Positions 1 through 12,319 of a stretch of DNA of 64,000 nucleotides are shown piece by piece (positions within the stretch are counted from its first letter, which is position 1; every line of letters starts with the position of its first letter). The stretch comes from Camelus ferus. Its lineage: Eukaryota. Below the pieces are notes generated by a model, which saw only the letters and a program-made list of their open reading frames with translations, was not told the origin of the DNA and ran no database searches. The stretch spans positions 118,670,001-118,734,000 of the forward strand of contig NC_045696.1 of the NCBI RefSeq assembly GCF_009834535.1, read 5' to 3'. The position numbers and the translations under genes were made by a program.

Positions 1-3000
1 ATAATTAGTGATCTTGAGCATCTTTTCCTGTGCCTCTTGGCCATCTGCATGCCTTCACTGGAGAAATGTTTGTTTAGGTCTTCTGCTCATTTTTATATTG
101 GGTTGTTTGTTTTTTGTTGTTGACTTGTATGAGCTGTTTGTATATTCTGGAAGTTAAGCCCTTGTCAGTCGTATCATTTGCAAATATTTTCTCCCAGTCT
201 CTAGGTTGTCTTTTCATTTTGTTTATGGTTTACTCTGCTTACAAAAGCTTATACATTTAATTAGGTCCCATCTGTTTATTTTGGTTTTTACTTCTATTGC
301 CTTGGTACACTGACCTAGGAGACCATTGTTATGCCTTATATCAGAGAATGTTTTGCCTATGTTTTCTTCCAGGAGATTTATGGTGTCCTGACTTATGTTT
401 AAGTCTTTGAGCCATTTTGAATTTATTTTTGTGTATGGTGTGAGGGAGTGTTCTGACTTCACTGGTTTCCATGCAGCTGCCCAGTTTTCCCAACATCATT
501 TGCTGAAGAGACTGTCTTTACTCCATTGTATATTCTTGCCTCTTTTTATTGAAGAGTAATTGACCATAGGTGTGTAGGTTCATTTCTGGGCTCTATTCTG
601 TTCCATTGATCGATATGTCTGTTTTTGTACCAGTACCATGCTGTTTTGATTTCTGTAGCTCTGTAGTATTGTCTGAAGTCTGGGAGGGTTATTCCTCCAG
701 CCTTGTTCTTTTTCTTCAGTATTGCTTTGGCAATGTCTTTGTGATTCCATATAAATTTTAGGATTATTTGTTCTAGTTCTGTGAAAAATGTGCTGGGTAA
801 TTAGATAGGGATTGCATTAAATCTGTAGAGTGCTTTGGGTAGTGTGGCCATTTTTAACAATATTAATTCTTCCAATCCAAGAGCATGGGATATCTTACCA
901 TTTATTTAAGTCATTTTTAATTTCCTTAATTAATGTTTTGTAGTTCTCCACATATACGGCTTTCACTTCCTTGGTCAGATTTATTGCTAAGTATTTTTAT
1001 TGTTTTGGATGCAATTTTAAAAGGGATTGTTTCTTTACTTTCTTTTCTGATATTTCCTTGTTAGTGTAAAGAAATGCAACAGATTTCTGTATATTAATCT
1101 TGTATCCTGCTACCTTGCCAAATTCTTTTGTCAGCTCTAGGAGTTTTTGTGTGGAGTGTTCGGGGTTTTCTATTTATGTAATCTTCATATAGTGACAGTT
1201 TTACCTCTTCCCTTCCAATTTGGATCCCTTTTATTTATTTTTTCTCATCTGACTGCTGTAGATAAGAATTCCAATATGATAAATAGAAAAGGTAAGAGTG
1301 GGCATCCTTGTCTTGTTCCAGATTTTAGCAGAAGGCTTTCAACTTTTCACCATTGAATATTATGTTGACTATGGTTTGTCAGAAATAGCTTTTATTATGT
1401 TGAGATGTGTTCCCTCTATACCCATTTTGAGAAGAGTTTTTATCATGAGTGGATGTTAAATTTTATCAGATGCTTTTTCTGGACCTATTGAGATGATCAT
1501 GTGGTTTTTGTTCTTTCTTTTGTGGATGTGGCGTATCACATTGATTGATCTATGTATGTTGAGCCATCCTTGTGTCCCTGGGATAAGTCCACCTAAATTG
1601 TACTGTATGATCTTTTTTATATGTTGTTGGATTTGGTTTGCTAATATTTGTTCAGAACTTTTACATCTATATTTATCAAAGATACTGGCCTATAATTTTT
1701 TTCTTTTTTTTGGTAGTGTCTTTGTCTGGTTTTGGTATCAGAGTGATGGTGACCTCATAGAATGAGTTTGGGAGTGTTCCCTCCTCTTAAATCCTTTGAA
1801 AAACTTTGAGAAAAATATCTGTATAAGTTCCTTTTTGTATTTTTGGTAGAATTCCCCACTGAAGGGACCTGGTCCCAGACTTTTGTTCATAGGGTAGTTT
1901 TTTTTGTTTTTGCTTTCTGTTTTTACAGATTCCGTTTCACTTCTAATGATAGATCTGTTCAAATTATGTATTTCTTCTGGATATCAGTTTTTGTAGGCTA
2001 TGTTTCTAGAGACTGGTCCATTCTTCTAGGTTGTCCAGTTTGTTGGCATACAATTATTCACAGTTTTCTCCTGTGGTTTTTTTGTATTTCTGTGCTATTG
2101 GGTAATTTCTCCTCTTTCATTCTTACTTTGTTTGTGTGTTCTCTCTTTTTCATCCTGGTGAACCTGGCCAGGGGTTTGTCCATTTTATTTACTCTCTAAA
2201 AAAACCAAGCTCTTGGTTTTATTGATTTTTTTTTCTACCTTTTTTTTAAAATGTTTATTTTGTTTATTTCCTCTCTGATCTTTATTATTTCTTTCCTTCT
2301 GCTGACTTTAGTTTTTGTTTGTTATTCTTTTTCTGATTCTTTTAGGTGGTAGGTTAGGTTGTTTATCTGAGACCTGTATCATTAGGGACTCCCCTCTTAG
2401 GACTGCTTTTGCTGCATCCCATAGATTTTTGTGTGGTTGTGCTCTCACTGTCATTTGTCTCAAGGTATTTTTAAATTTCCTCTTGATTTCATCATTAACC
2501 CATTGGTTTTCTTTTAGTAGCATGTTGTTTAGTCTCCATACACTGATTTTTTTTTTCTTATTTGTCTCTCTGTGGTTGATTTGTAGTTTCATGCCATTGT
2601 GGTCAGAAAAGATGCTTGAAATAATTTCTATCCTCTTAAATTTGAGGCTTATTTTCTGTCTAAGAATGGGGTCTACCCTACAGAATGTTCCATGTGCACT
2701 TGAAAAGAATATATTCTGAAGAATGTGACAATGAATATATATATGTTCATGTATGACTGAAAAGTTGTGCTCTACACTGGAAATTGACAGAACATTGTAA
2801 ACTGACTATAACTCAATAAAATAAAATTAAAAAAATATATATATATATATTCTGATTTTTTTTTTTTAGATATAACATCCTGCAAAGATCAAATAAGTCC
2901 AACTGTTCTATCGTGTCATTTAGGACCTGTGTTGCCTTACTGATTTTCTGTCTGCAAGACCTGTCCACTGATGTTAGTGGGGTGTTAAAGTCTCCTACTA

Positions 3001-4375
3001 TTACTGTACTCCCATCAGTTTCTCACTTTATGTCTCTCAGTATTGGTTTTGTGTACTTAGGTGCCCCTATACTGGGTGCATATATGTTAATGAGTGTAAT
3101 ATCCTCTTCTTGTATTGCTCCTTTGATCATTATATAGTGTCCTTCTTTGTCTTTCTTTATGGCCTTTGTTTAAAGTCTGTTTTGTCTGACATGAGTATTG
3201 CTACCCCTGCTTTCTTGTCATTTCCATTTGCATGAAATACCTTTTTCCATCCTCTCACTTTCAACCTATATGTGTCCTTCACCTTAACGTGGGTCTCTTT
3301 TAGGAAGCATATTGTAGGCTCTTGTTTTATTATCCAGTCTGTGATTCTCTCTTGATTGGAGCATTTAGTCCATTGACTTTTAAGATAATTATTGATAGAT
3401 ATGTATTGATTGCCATTTTCAACCTTGTTTTCTAGTTGATTTTGTATTTATTCTGTTTCTTTTTCCTTTTGTGGTTTGATGATTTTCTTTTGTGTTATGC
3501 TTGACTTCTCTTCTTTTGGTTTTTGTGGCTGTATAGTATGTTTTTGATTTGTAGTTACCCTGTTTGTCAAGTATGTTAACCCCTTACTGTATCTCCTTGC
3601 TTTAGACTGGGAATCATCTAAGCTCAAACACATTCTAAAAAGAAAGAAAAAATATACATCTTCTTATTCCCCTCCTCCACATTTTATGATGTTTGGTGTC
3701 CTCTTTTACATCTTCATGGTTTTTCTTTTGCTGTTCATTGTAGTTGTCGCATTTCCAACCGTGATTTTCACTTTTCTATAGATTGTTGCTTCTCTACTGT
3801 TTAGAGAAGGTCTTTCAATGTTTATTTTGGGCTATATTTAGTATTGCTGTGTTTAGTTTTTGCTTGTCCAACAAATTCTTTCTCTCTCCTTCTATTCTAA
3901 ATGATAGTCTTGCTTTGTAGAGTATGCTGTGTTGCAGGTTTTTCCCTTTTAGGACTTTGAATATATCTTGCCATTCCCTTCTGGCCAGCAATTTTCTGTA
4001 AATACATCAGCTGACAGCCTTATGGGGGCTCCCTTGTAACTAACTCTGGTTTTCTCTTGCTGCCTTTAGAATCTTCTCTAACTTTTGCCGTTTTAATTAT
4101 AACATGTCATGGTGTAGGTCTGTTTGGGTTCAAGTTGTTTGGGACCCTCTGTGCTTCCTGTACCTGCCTATCTGTTTCCTTCTATAAGTTTGGGAAGTTT
4201 TCAGCCATTTCTCCAAGTAATGTTTTTGTTTTTGATCTCCTTTTCTCTTTCTTCCCCTTTTGGGACCCCTATTATGCACAGATTAGCATGATTTATATTA
4301 TCCCATAGGTCTCTTATATTGCTTTCATTTCTTTCCATTTGTCTTTCTGCTGTTCTGATTGGATGATTACCAGTT
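1..4375 (-). mobile_element. Decayed 5'-truncated LINE-1: part of ORF1, inter-ORF spacer and most of ORF2; runs off the left edge
   Basis: ORF2 start at 3416 reads MAINTYLSIIILKVNGLNAPIKR. ORF2 remnants include ...NLWDAAKAVLRG, ...GPGPFSGEFYQKYK and ...LTPYTKINSKWLKDLN. ORF1 remnant NESNIRDLWDNINHANLCIIGVPKGEE. Many stops and frameshifts. Confidence 0.95.
2720..2844 (+). mobile_element. Young L1 3'-end fragment nested in the older L1, opposite orientation
   Basis: Closely similar to 46446-46630. Has AATAAA and an A-tail, with TSD atatattctga at 2709-2719 and 2845-2855. Confidence 0.88.
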
Positions 4376-5976
4376 TTCATATGCTTCTGATGAGACATCT
4401 CCCCTAATTAGGGGGATGTAGTGTGTGTACAGGGAGACAAATGTATACATTAGTCCAGTTTACAAGACAAATGTGTGCTCTGCTGATTTGGGTCATCGTC
4501 TTAAATGAAGGGGAACCTGCTCACCGGGGCAGGATCTAGACAAACAGGAGAAACACTGTGACTCTGGGAACAACTCCTCAACAAGCGTGCCTCCTTTTTC
4601 CCATTACTTGGCTTGTTCCTTTGAAGAGACAGGTCAATGGAAGGTTGATTTGTTTATTTATATTTTTTTCTTTTAGCTCAGAAAACTGGAGCAAACCTTG
4701 GGCTGGGTCACTCCCCCTAACAGACTTTGTGACCCCAGGCTGTGCCTTTTATTGCTCTTGTCTGCGATGTCTGCATCTGGGAGAAGATGTGTCAGATGGA
4801 ACCATTGATCTCACAGGCTCCTTCAGTTCTTGAGTTTGATGAGTCTAAAAGCCTGTATGAACCACAGCAAATTACATGTGCCTTGCTCTCAGAGTCATTC
4901 AAGTCACATATTAGATAATGCCTGCCATTACTATAAATGCAGCATTTTTCTTCAATTTTGTTTTATTTAAAAATTTTTTTTTTTTTTTTAGGATTTCTGG
5001 ATTTTCACTTTAAATTGAATATTGTTTACTTGCCTGCCAAGGTCAAAGATTGTTAACAATAATCTAAATTACACATTATTTTCTCAGTCTGTAAATCAAC
5101 TTTTGATTTTTTTTTTCTATTTGTTTTTGGAGGAATTTTTTTTTTTTTAAATCCTGTGTAGTGTTCATTTCAGACCTAAGAGCCTGAGCTACTGGCTGGT
5201 TGCTGTCTGGTGTGAGCAGGAATTACTGCACTATCATCCACGTAACGGAGAGGTTTAATTTTTTTTAACCGGAATGACATTGAGCGAAGAGCCAGTGGAA
5301 ATGCACACCTTAATTTAAGCACAGTACCAGCGTGCAGATGACAAGAACTGGGCAAGGAGTTTTTTTTTTTTTTTTTTAAAGAATATTTAGGTGTCTGGGT
5401 AGAAATAAATTTAATATATGAGCCTGAGCATCTCCCTAACTGTGAGGAAATGCAGTCATGAGACCCCAATTTGGAGATTCCACATAGTTACGTGGCTCAC
5501 TTACCTGAATCCCGGATAAGAAAACAGACACATCAAAAAGCAGTTTTTGAAGATTTAGATCACTTTTCCTCTCCCAAAATTGGAGAGCAGTTTGGTTTGG
5601 GAGAAGCAGTTAATTAGGCAGCAGTGTCCAGGATCTTTGCAAAAATCGCACGAAGTATCATTGATTTGGAAAATAAAATCTTGGACTAAAGACTCAGCGG
5701 GCAGGGGAGAGCTGCCCGCACCTGCACCTGTTGTCTGCTGACTGTCGGCACCGCTTCAAAGCACACGTCATTCCGGTGAGACCCGGGACGCTGGGAGATG
5801 TGTGGGTTTGCTTGGCAGAAAGCTGCCAGTGTGTCAAGTCGTGGCCACTGGACTGAAAGCAAAATGCACCTTATCTTTGATAGCTGTTCACCAGGTCATC
5901 AGCTGCTCTTCAGAACAGAACATCGTGGACCATAAGTTTTAAAAACTGAACATTCATTAAATGCACGCACCGCTAT

Positions 5977-6676
5977 TGGAGAAATATCATAAAACATCTT
6001 TTTAATGTGAACACTACTCCGTACAATGAAAAACTATGTACAGTGTGTTGCTTCCAGGTTGGCTACTTGGACATCATCTGTGTACCCGGCACGTGACTCC
6101 GGCTGGGAGCTCCCGTCCGGCTGCGGTGCCCCCGCCTCCCCTGGCAGCTCCCCAAGTTCACGGAGGCTGTACAGTCACGCTTCCCTTAGTAACCGTGGCT
6201 CAGCAGGCTTGCCACCCCAGTCACCTACGACCCAGAGATCCCGGCAGTCATACAAAAGTAGAACTCAGAGTAGGCTTTTCCCCAATAAATACTCATTAGA
6301 CAGTACAATCCATTTCCATCTTAAGACATTGTTTTCAGTTAGGAAAACGTTTGCTTCTCAATGGAACTAGAGTGACTAGTAGAGAGACAGTGTGCGGTTC
6401 ACACTGCAACTGAGTTAGGATGTCTTTGTGTACAAATATAGCATATCTGGGCCAGGAATATAATTTCTAGTTGAAGAGTTTATTAGGCTTCACACGCAGG
6501 GCTGCTAAATACATTCACAGTTTTCACAGACTGTCATCGGCTGTTCCAGTTGTACTGTAAAATCTCCAATATTATTTTCATTCGTGAGTGCAAAGCAAGT
6601 GTCCCACTTGGCTACGATTGGTCCTGGAGTGATCAGCTCTGAAACGATTTCAAGAAAGTTCCCTCATTCTCCAGTT
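5977..6676 (-). other. PLCL2: PLCL2 3' UTR (end approximate)
   Basis: Stretch with no recognisable repeat from the stop codon to an ATTAAA hexamer, with a CA dinucleotide ~24 nt further downstream (5978-5977). Confidence 0.75.
6001..6006 (-). terminator. Polyadenylation signal ATTAAA of PLCL2
   Basis: Plus-strand tttaat. Two UGUA (CFIm-type) motifs lie within ~40 nt upstream on the mRNA strand, and GU/U-rich sequence lies downstream. Confidence 0.7.
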
Positions 6677-6844
6677 TCAGTCGTTTGCCTTCTCAGGTAT
6701 GACTTCCAGGCTCCGGCGCGGCTTGTGAACGTCGGCGTTTTCTGTGCCGGGTTTATTCAGCCCACAGGAAACAGCAGCATAGTGGATTTGTTTCAGGTTC
6801 TCCAAGGTCTCGTTCTTGGCGTATTTCAGAAGATCCGCCTGTCC
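6677..6844 (-). CDS. PLCL2: PLCL2 last coding exon: GQADLLKYAKNETLENLKQIHYAAVSCGLNKPGTENADVHKPRRSLEVIPEKAND*
   Basis: Acceptor gtgtttcgttgcag|GGA, phase 0, continuing ...NITILK. Corresponds to ORF 6677..6862 minus its first 6 intronic codons. TGA at 6679-6677. Confidence 0.95.
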   Translation of the reverse strand, partial: GQADLLKYAKNETLENLKQIHYAAVSCGLNKPGTENADVHKPRRSLEVIPEKAND

Positions 6845-7179
6845 CTGCAACGAAACACGCAATTAGACAGCGCTCGCTAAGCCAAGCCTGGCCGGTCCAG
6901 TTTGACCACAGAGATCTTCCACTGAAATAGAAATTTTTGGTTCCACAAAAGGGCATATTCATTTCTTAGTGGCGCTACATCCAAATAGGTCCATTTTTAA
7001 TTAAAAAACAAGCCTGCTTTCCCTAGTTTTCCACACCATACTCTGAGTGTGTTGCATTTTCAGTCCTTTCCATTTATGCATCAGCAGAGAGTCCTGTGTG
7101 TTGACTGTTCCCATCTGCCCTGGTTAGAGTGACATCTTTCCCTAATTGTGCGGCCAGTCTTGCATTTTTCCTTTTAAGA

Positions 7180-7450
7180 TTTTTTTTTTTGCTTTAACTT
7201 TTTATTCTGAAATAAGTATAAATGCACAGAAGGATGCAAATATGGTACAGAGAGGTCTTGTGTACACTGTCCTAAATTTCTGCCACTGGTTCCATCTTAC
7301 GTAAGTTTAGTACAACACCCAGAACCAGGGAGCTGACACAGGTACAGGTTTATGTCATTTCACCCAGTGGGTAGATTCCCGTAGCCGCCAGTGCAGTCAA
7401 CACAGGGAGCTAACTTATCACCACAAATACAATCTATCGCCTTCTATTAT
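7180..7450 (-). mobile_element. Old L1M (L1MC/MD-like) 3' UTR fragment
   Basis: T-rich start followed by ...tgcacagaaggatgcaaatatggtacagagaggtc..., resembling L1M 3' ends. Confidence 0.55.
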
Positions 7451-7770
7451 GACTCTGCAGTCACCCCCACACCCACCCCCACCCCCCTGCCGTCCCCAAC
7501 CCTGACAAGCCGCTCTCAAGTTCTGCATTTAAAGCAGGCGCTGACAGTCACAGGCACACAGCAGATCCTCACCGAGTTCTAGTTAAGAGAAGGGATGGAA
7601 GAAAGCATTCTCTACTTTGAATAAACCCTCTTAGCCAAATTTTAACTTCTTTTCTAGGGTGTGACCATCAATTTGACATACGTGCAGCCTAACATGCATA
7701 CAGGTCAGAAAATGGGGGGATAAACTGAAACACAGTCACTGGGAGCCTGGACTGGGAGCTGCCGGCCAAG

Positions 7771-7965
7771 GCAGTCTGTCAACCTCATCACTCGACAGTT
7801 TGCCCAGAGAATTATTTTGCTGGGTTACGGGTGGCGGTGGGGGCTGTCTTGTGCATCCTAGTAGCATGCCTGGCCTTGACCCACCAAAGACCCCCTCAGT
7901 GTGACAACCACAATGTCTGCAGACACTGTCCAATGTCCCCTGGGGGGTAAAGCTGCCCGTGCATC
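7771..7965. mobile_element. MER20-like hAT-Charlie DNA transposon remnant
   Basis: gtgacaaccacaatgtctgcagacactgtccaatgtcccctggggggtaaa matches the characteristic MER20 segment. Confidence 0.75.
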
Positions 7966-8799
7966 AGCAAGGATTCCAAGAGGCCCAACAGAAGGGATGT
8001 GAAGCCCCGCTGGTCCAAGTCCCAGCACTGCTCTCTTGTTCTTCGCTCCTTCCTCCCTCCCTGTGTCTGAGCTGCTTCCTCCCCCGGTTCTTTCTCCTTC
8101 ACGGTCACCCTCCTCCTTCCTGGCTCACTATTCTGTTCATGCTCTTGGGCTCTGACTTATTCTGTTACTGTCTTTATGGTGCTCTGTCAGACATGGTTTG
8201 CCTTTGGGTTTGACTTTTCTTTGCCGTACCTCCATGCTTGGTACTCTCCCTTCTTTCTCCCTCTGTTTTTTTTTTTTTTTTTTTTTTGAACTGCCTTGCA
8301 GTGTGCACACCCTTTTAAGTGCTCCTGCACAGTTAAAACTGGGCCAGCTGCGGAGGGTGACAGGGGAGGACTTACCTCGGCAGCAACTGGACTACAAGCA
8401 AATCCCAGCTGCGCGGGAGACCAAACTGCAACGCGGTCCTGTGCCACGTGAGGTTGGAAAGCACCCATGGCATGCGTTGCTGTTTCCCACTTAAGGTACA
8501 TGATTTCCCCGCTTTACAGACGCCTTTCATGAGAGACGACACATGGTTCCATTGCATTGTTTAACTGGAAAGAGCTGCATCTGCATTCATTCTTCACTGA
8601 ACTCATACGCTGGAATTTTACAAGCTGTGAGGTCTTTCTGCGTAAGTATTAGCATTACTGGGCCAAGAGTCTAATTTCTTGTTAAAGAATTTGCCCTCAC
8701 ATGCAAAGCTGCTATATACATTTATGATTAAGATATTTTAACTAGATATTTGTGCTTTAACATTTCAAATATTATTATTACTTAATAAGCTGTATTTTT

Positions 8800-9300
8800 C
8801 TTTTTTTTTTTTTAGAATAGCTTTGGGTTCACAGCAAAACTGAGCTGGAAATGCAGAGGGTTCCCACATTCCCCCTATCCCCACCCAGGCACAAGCTCCT
8901 CCACTACTGACATCTTACCCCACAGTATACGTTTGTCACCACTGATGGATCTACAGCGACACATCGTTACCACCCAAAGTCCCTGGTTCACATTCGGGCT
9001 CAGTCTTGGTGTTGTATATGCTATAGGTTTTGACGGATGTATAAGGATGCGCGTCCACCATTAGCTGCAGTATCAGATGGACTGGTCCACGGCCCCAAGC
9101 ATCTTCTGTGCCCACCTCTTCCCCCCTCCCTCCCCGCTAACCTCTGGCAACAACTCATCTTTTTATTGGCTCAGTAGCTTTGCCTCTCCCAGGATGTCAT
9201 ACAGCCGGGATCGGACAACATACAAGAAGAAGCCTTTTCCAACTGGCTTCTTTCACTTAGTGGTATTCATTTAACTTTCCTCCAGGGCTTTTGTGTCTTA
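8800..9300 (-). mobile_element. Old L1M (L1MB/MC-like) 3' fragment
   Basis: Poly-T, then tttgggttcacagcaaaactgagc...ggcttctttcacttagt. Confidence 0.7.
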
Positions 9301-9307
9301 CGAGCTC

Positions 9308-10347
9308 TTTTTTTTTTTTTTTTTTTTCCTATTGAAGTCTAGTTGATTTACAATGTTGTGTTTCAGGTATATAGCACAATGCTTCAGTTATACACACACA
9401 CACATACACACTGTTATATATATATGTTCTTTTTCATATCCTTTTCCATTATGGTTTGTTACAGGATATTGACTATAGTTCCCTGTGCTCTACAGTAGGA
9501 TCTTTTTTTTAAAAACCTGTTCTATACATAGTTGTGTGTATCTGCTAATCCCAAACTCCTAATTTCTCTCTCCCCTCCACCACCCTGGTAACCATACGTT
9601 TTCTGTCTGTGAGTCTGTTTCTGTTTTGAAAATAAGTTCATTTGTGTCGTTTGTAAAGATTCCATACATAAGTGATAGTTCTTTTTTTTTTTCTTTTTGG
9701 CTTACTTCATTTAGTATGACAATCTCCAGATCCACCATGTTGCTACAAATGGCATTGTTTTCTCCTTTTAAGATTGAGTAGTATTCCATTATGTATGTGT
9801 GTGTGTATGTATACATACACACAACTTCTTTATCCAGTTACCTGTGGATGGACATTTAGGTTGCTTCCATGTCTTGCCTATTGTATATGTGCCCAGGAGT
9901 GGGACTGCTGGATCATATGGTAAGTCTAGTTTCAGGTTTTTAAGGAATCTCCATACTGTTTTCCACAGTGGCTACACCAAACTGCATTCCCACCAGCAGT
10001 GTAGGAGGGTTCCCTTTTCTCCCCACCCTCTCCAGCATTTATCGTTTGTGGACTTTTGAATGATGGGCATTCTGACTGGTGTGAGGTGATACCTCATTGT
10101 AGTTTTGATTTGCATTTCTCTGATAATTAGCGATATTGAGCATTTTTTCATGTGCCTTTTGACATTTATATGTCTTCACTGGAGAACTGCTTGATTGGGT
10201 TGTTTGTTTTTTTGTTATTAAGTTGTATGAGCTGTTTTTATATTCTGGGAATTAGCCCTTGTCAGTTGCATTGTTTGCAAATATTTTCTCCCATTCTGTA
10301 GGTTGTCTTTTCCTTTTGTTTATGGTTTCCTTTGCTGTGCAAAAGCT
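9308..10347 (-). mobile_element. Artiodactyl-type L1 3' ~1 kb (ORF2 C-terminus and 3' UTR)
   Basis: Poly-T tail. ORF2 remnant [31 protein letters not shown]. Homologous to the other L1 3' ends in the window. Confidence 0.92.
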
Positions 10348-12319
10348 GGGGGGCGGGTGGGGGAAGGAGAGGACAGCCGGAAAGGAAGGAAGGACCCACC
10401 CAGCAACCACATGCAAAGCCCAGCTCGGCGCCCTCCTGCGGTCAGCTGGAATAGTGCAGGTCAAGCATCGCTAACACCGCTGGAGAACATGCTAACACAC
10501 CTCCTGAGCCCATTAACCCTGGGAAATCTAAACTGAAATAATGTCAACTATCAGCCATCTTCTCCAGAATACTTAAGGGAGCATTCATTGGAGATGGTAT
10601 GGAATGCAATGAATGATAGATGCAAACTTTGTACAAAATAGGACTGTTAAGTATTTTTGAGCAAATTTGCTGTAAAACCAAGTATGGAAGGAAATGTAGA
10701 AAGTCAACACAACCCTCGGGGGAGGGACCAGAAGCCGCCTCATCCTGAGTCAGGGAGGTTGGGGGAGATGCAACAGTCCCCACATACTGGACAGGGATGA
10801 AGGGGAGGGGATGGGGCCAGTCTGCGCCACTGCCAGCAGCCGTGAGGGGCTGCAGACTGTGACAGAACATGAGACAAGCACCTGGCAGGAAAGCAGGCTG
10901 GCCTGCGGTGTCTCCCACCCCTCTGAAGGGAAACCGCTTCGTCCACAGCGTCTGCTCCTGTGAACACGGCCACCAGGGACGCCTTCCATCCCCATCCAGG
11001 CACACTTTCCCTGCCCTTGAACCTGGACTGGCCTCGATGTGCTTTGATCACCTGGAGGAGGTGAGGCCATGACCTTGCGAAGCCTTACTTTCTAGGGTCC
11101 CAGCAGCCCCACGGAGAAGCTGGCGCTGGACTTACCGGCGGTGAGCCCCACGGGGAGAGAAACCAGCCCTTCCCGCTGCCCAGAGGAGCAGCCGGTCCCA
11201 GGAGGGAAGCCTTCCTGGTGCTCCAGGCCCAGCCCTGTGAGTGGCTGGAGCAACGGCACCCTGAGGAATGAGCCACCAGCTGTGGTGTGGTCTGTCCCCC
11301 AGCAACAGATGATGACGCAGCCCAGAGGGGGCTGTGTTTGTGTGGGGTGACAGGCCCTTCCTGGATGCCATGGGCTGAAGCCAGGAGGGACCCCAACCCA
11401 CAGAGGCTGGACACCAGAGAGGCTCAGAGCTTGCGGGTGGGTGGGCTGGGGCTGCAGGGACAGGCTGAGCCCCCCGGAGTTCCTCTCCTTAGAATGCGGA
11501 CTAGGAGATACAAATAGTCCTGGAAAGAAGACCTTCGAAGGTACAGTCCGGGTTAGGCCAAGACAAGAGCAACTTATACAGCGTCAGAAGCTCCAGTTTC
11601 CCTGAGATACCGTCCCCCTCACGACAGCCCGGGGTAGGCCGTGTCTTCTCCTCTGAGTTGAGTTTCTGCTCCTCACCAAAAATAGAGCCTGTAACAGTTA
11701 CCACAGGACCCTCCGTTTTAGGAACGGCCCTACATAGAAACCGTGTAAGTGATTAGCACCGGGAGGACAACGGCACCGAACATTTGGATGAACCCGGTGG
11801 GTTCAAATCACACGACAGAATTTCCTTTCCATGTTCCTCGTGAAATGAGCAAAAAGGAAAATGGGCGCTCCTCACACACATGTGAGCAGCAGCCACACAA
11901 AGAAAGGAACATAATTTAATGAAACTCACAGAACTCACACTGGCAATTCATAAAAACTCTTACTAGTCACCCAACCTGGAGAGAGAAACTGAGTGTCTTT
12001 TGAGTTTTATTTCTGAGTGATGGAGAAGAGGGGACAGGAAAGTTAGGAATGAGGCAGATACAACTGGATAGAACACAGCACACACAGTAAGTGATGGCTG
12101 TGCAGAGCAAGGCGGTGGGCCGCGGGAGAAGGGCTGCGGATCTGAGGCCCAGCCCGTCACGTGGAGAGCCTCCAGGCTGCAGCGTGGGGAGGGTGGAGCC
12201 CAGACAGGGCCCCACAGCCCTGTGCAGCTGGGGACACAGCCTGGAGCTCAGGGAGGCCCAGCAGGTGAGAGGTGGGAGGCAGGGTGGGGGAGGGAGGGAG
12301 CCCTAAAACGGCCACTGTA

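Noticed and set aside
1..4375. Potentially active L1
   Set aside because: No 5' UTR, both ORFs broken by many stops and frameshifts, and interrupted by a nested insertion.
5505..5852. Possible minus-strand exon downstream of the poly(A) site (ttgctttcag| ... CAG|gtaagt)
   Set aside because: No coding similarity and no visible downstream partner exon. Motif evidence only.
8376..8564. Possible 189-nt cryptic exon in the last intron (ttttccag| ... GAG|gtaagt)
   Set aside because: Has an in-frame TAA and only splice-site motifs as support. Such pseudo-exons are common by chance, so RNA-seq junctions would be needed.
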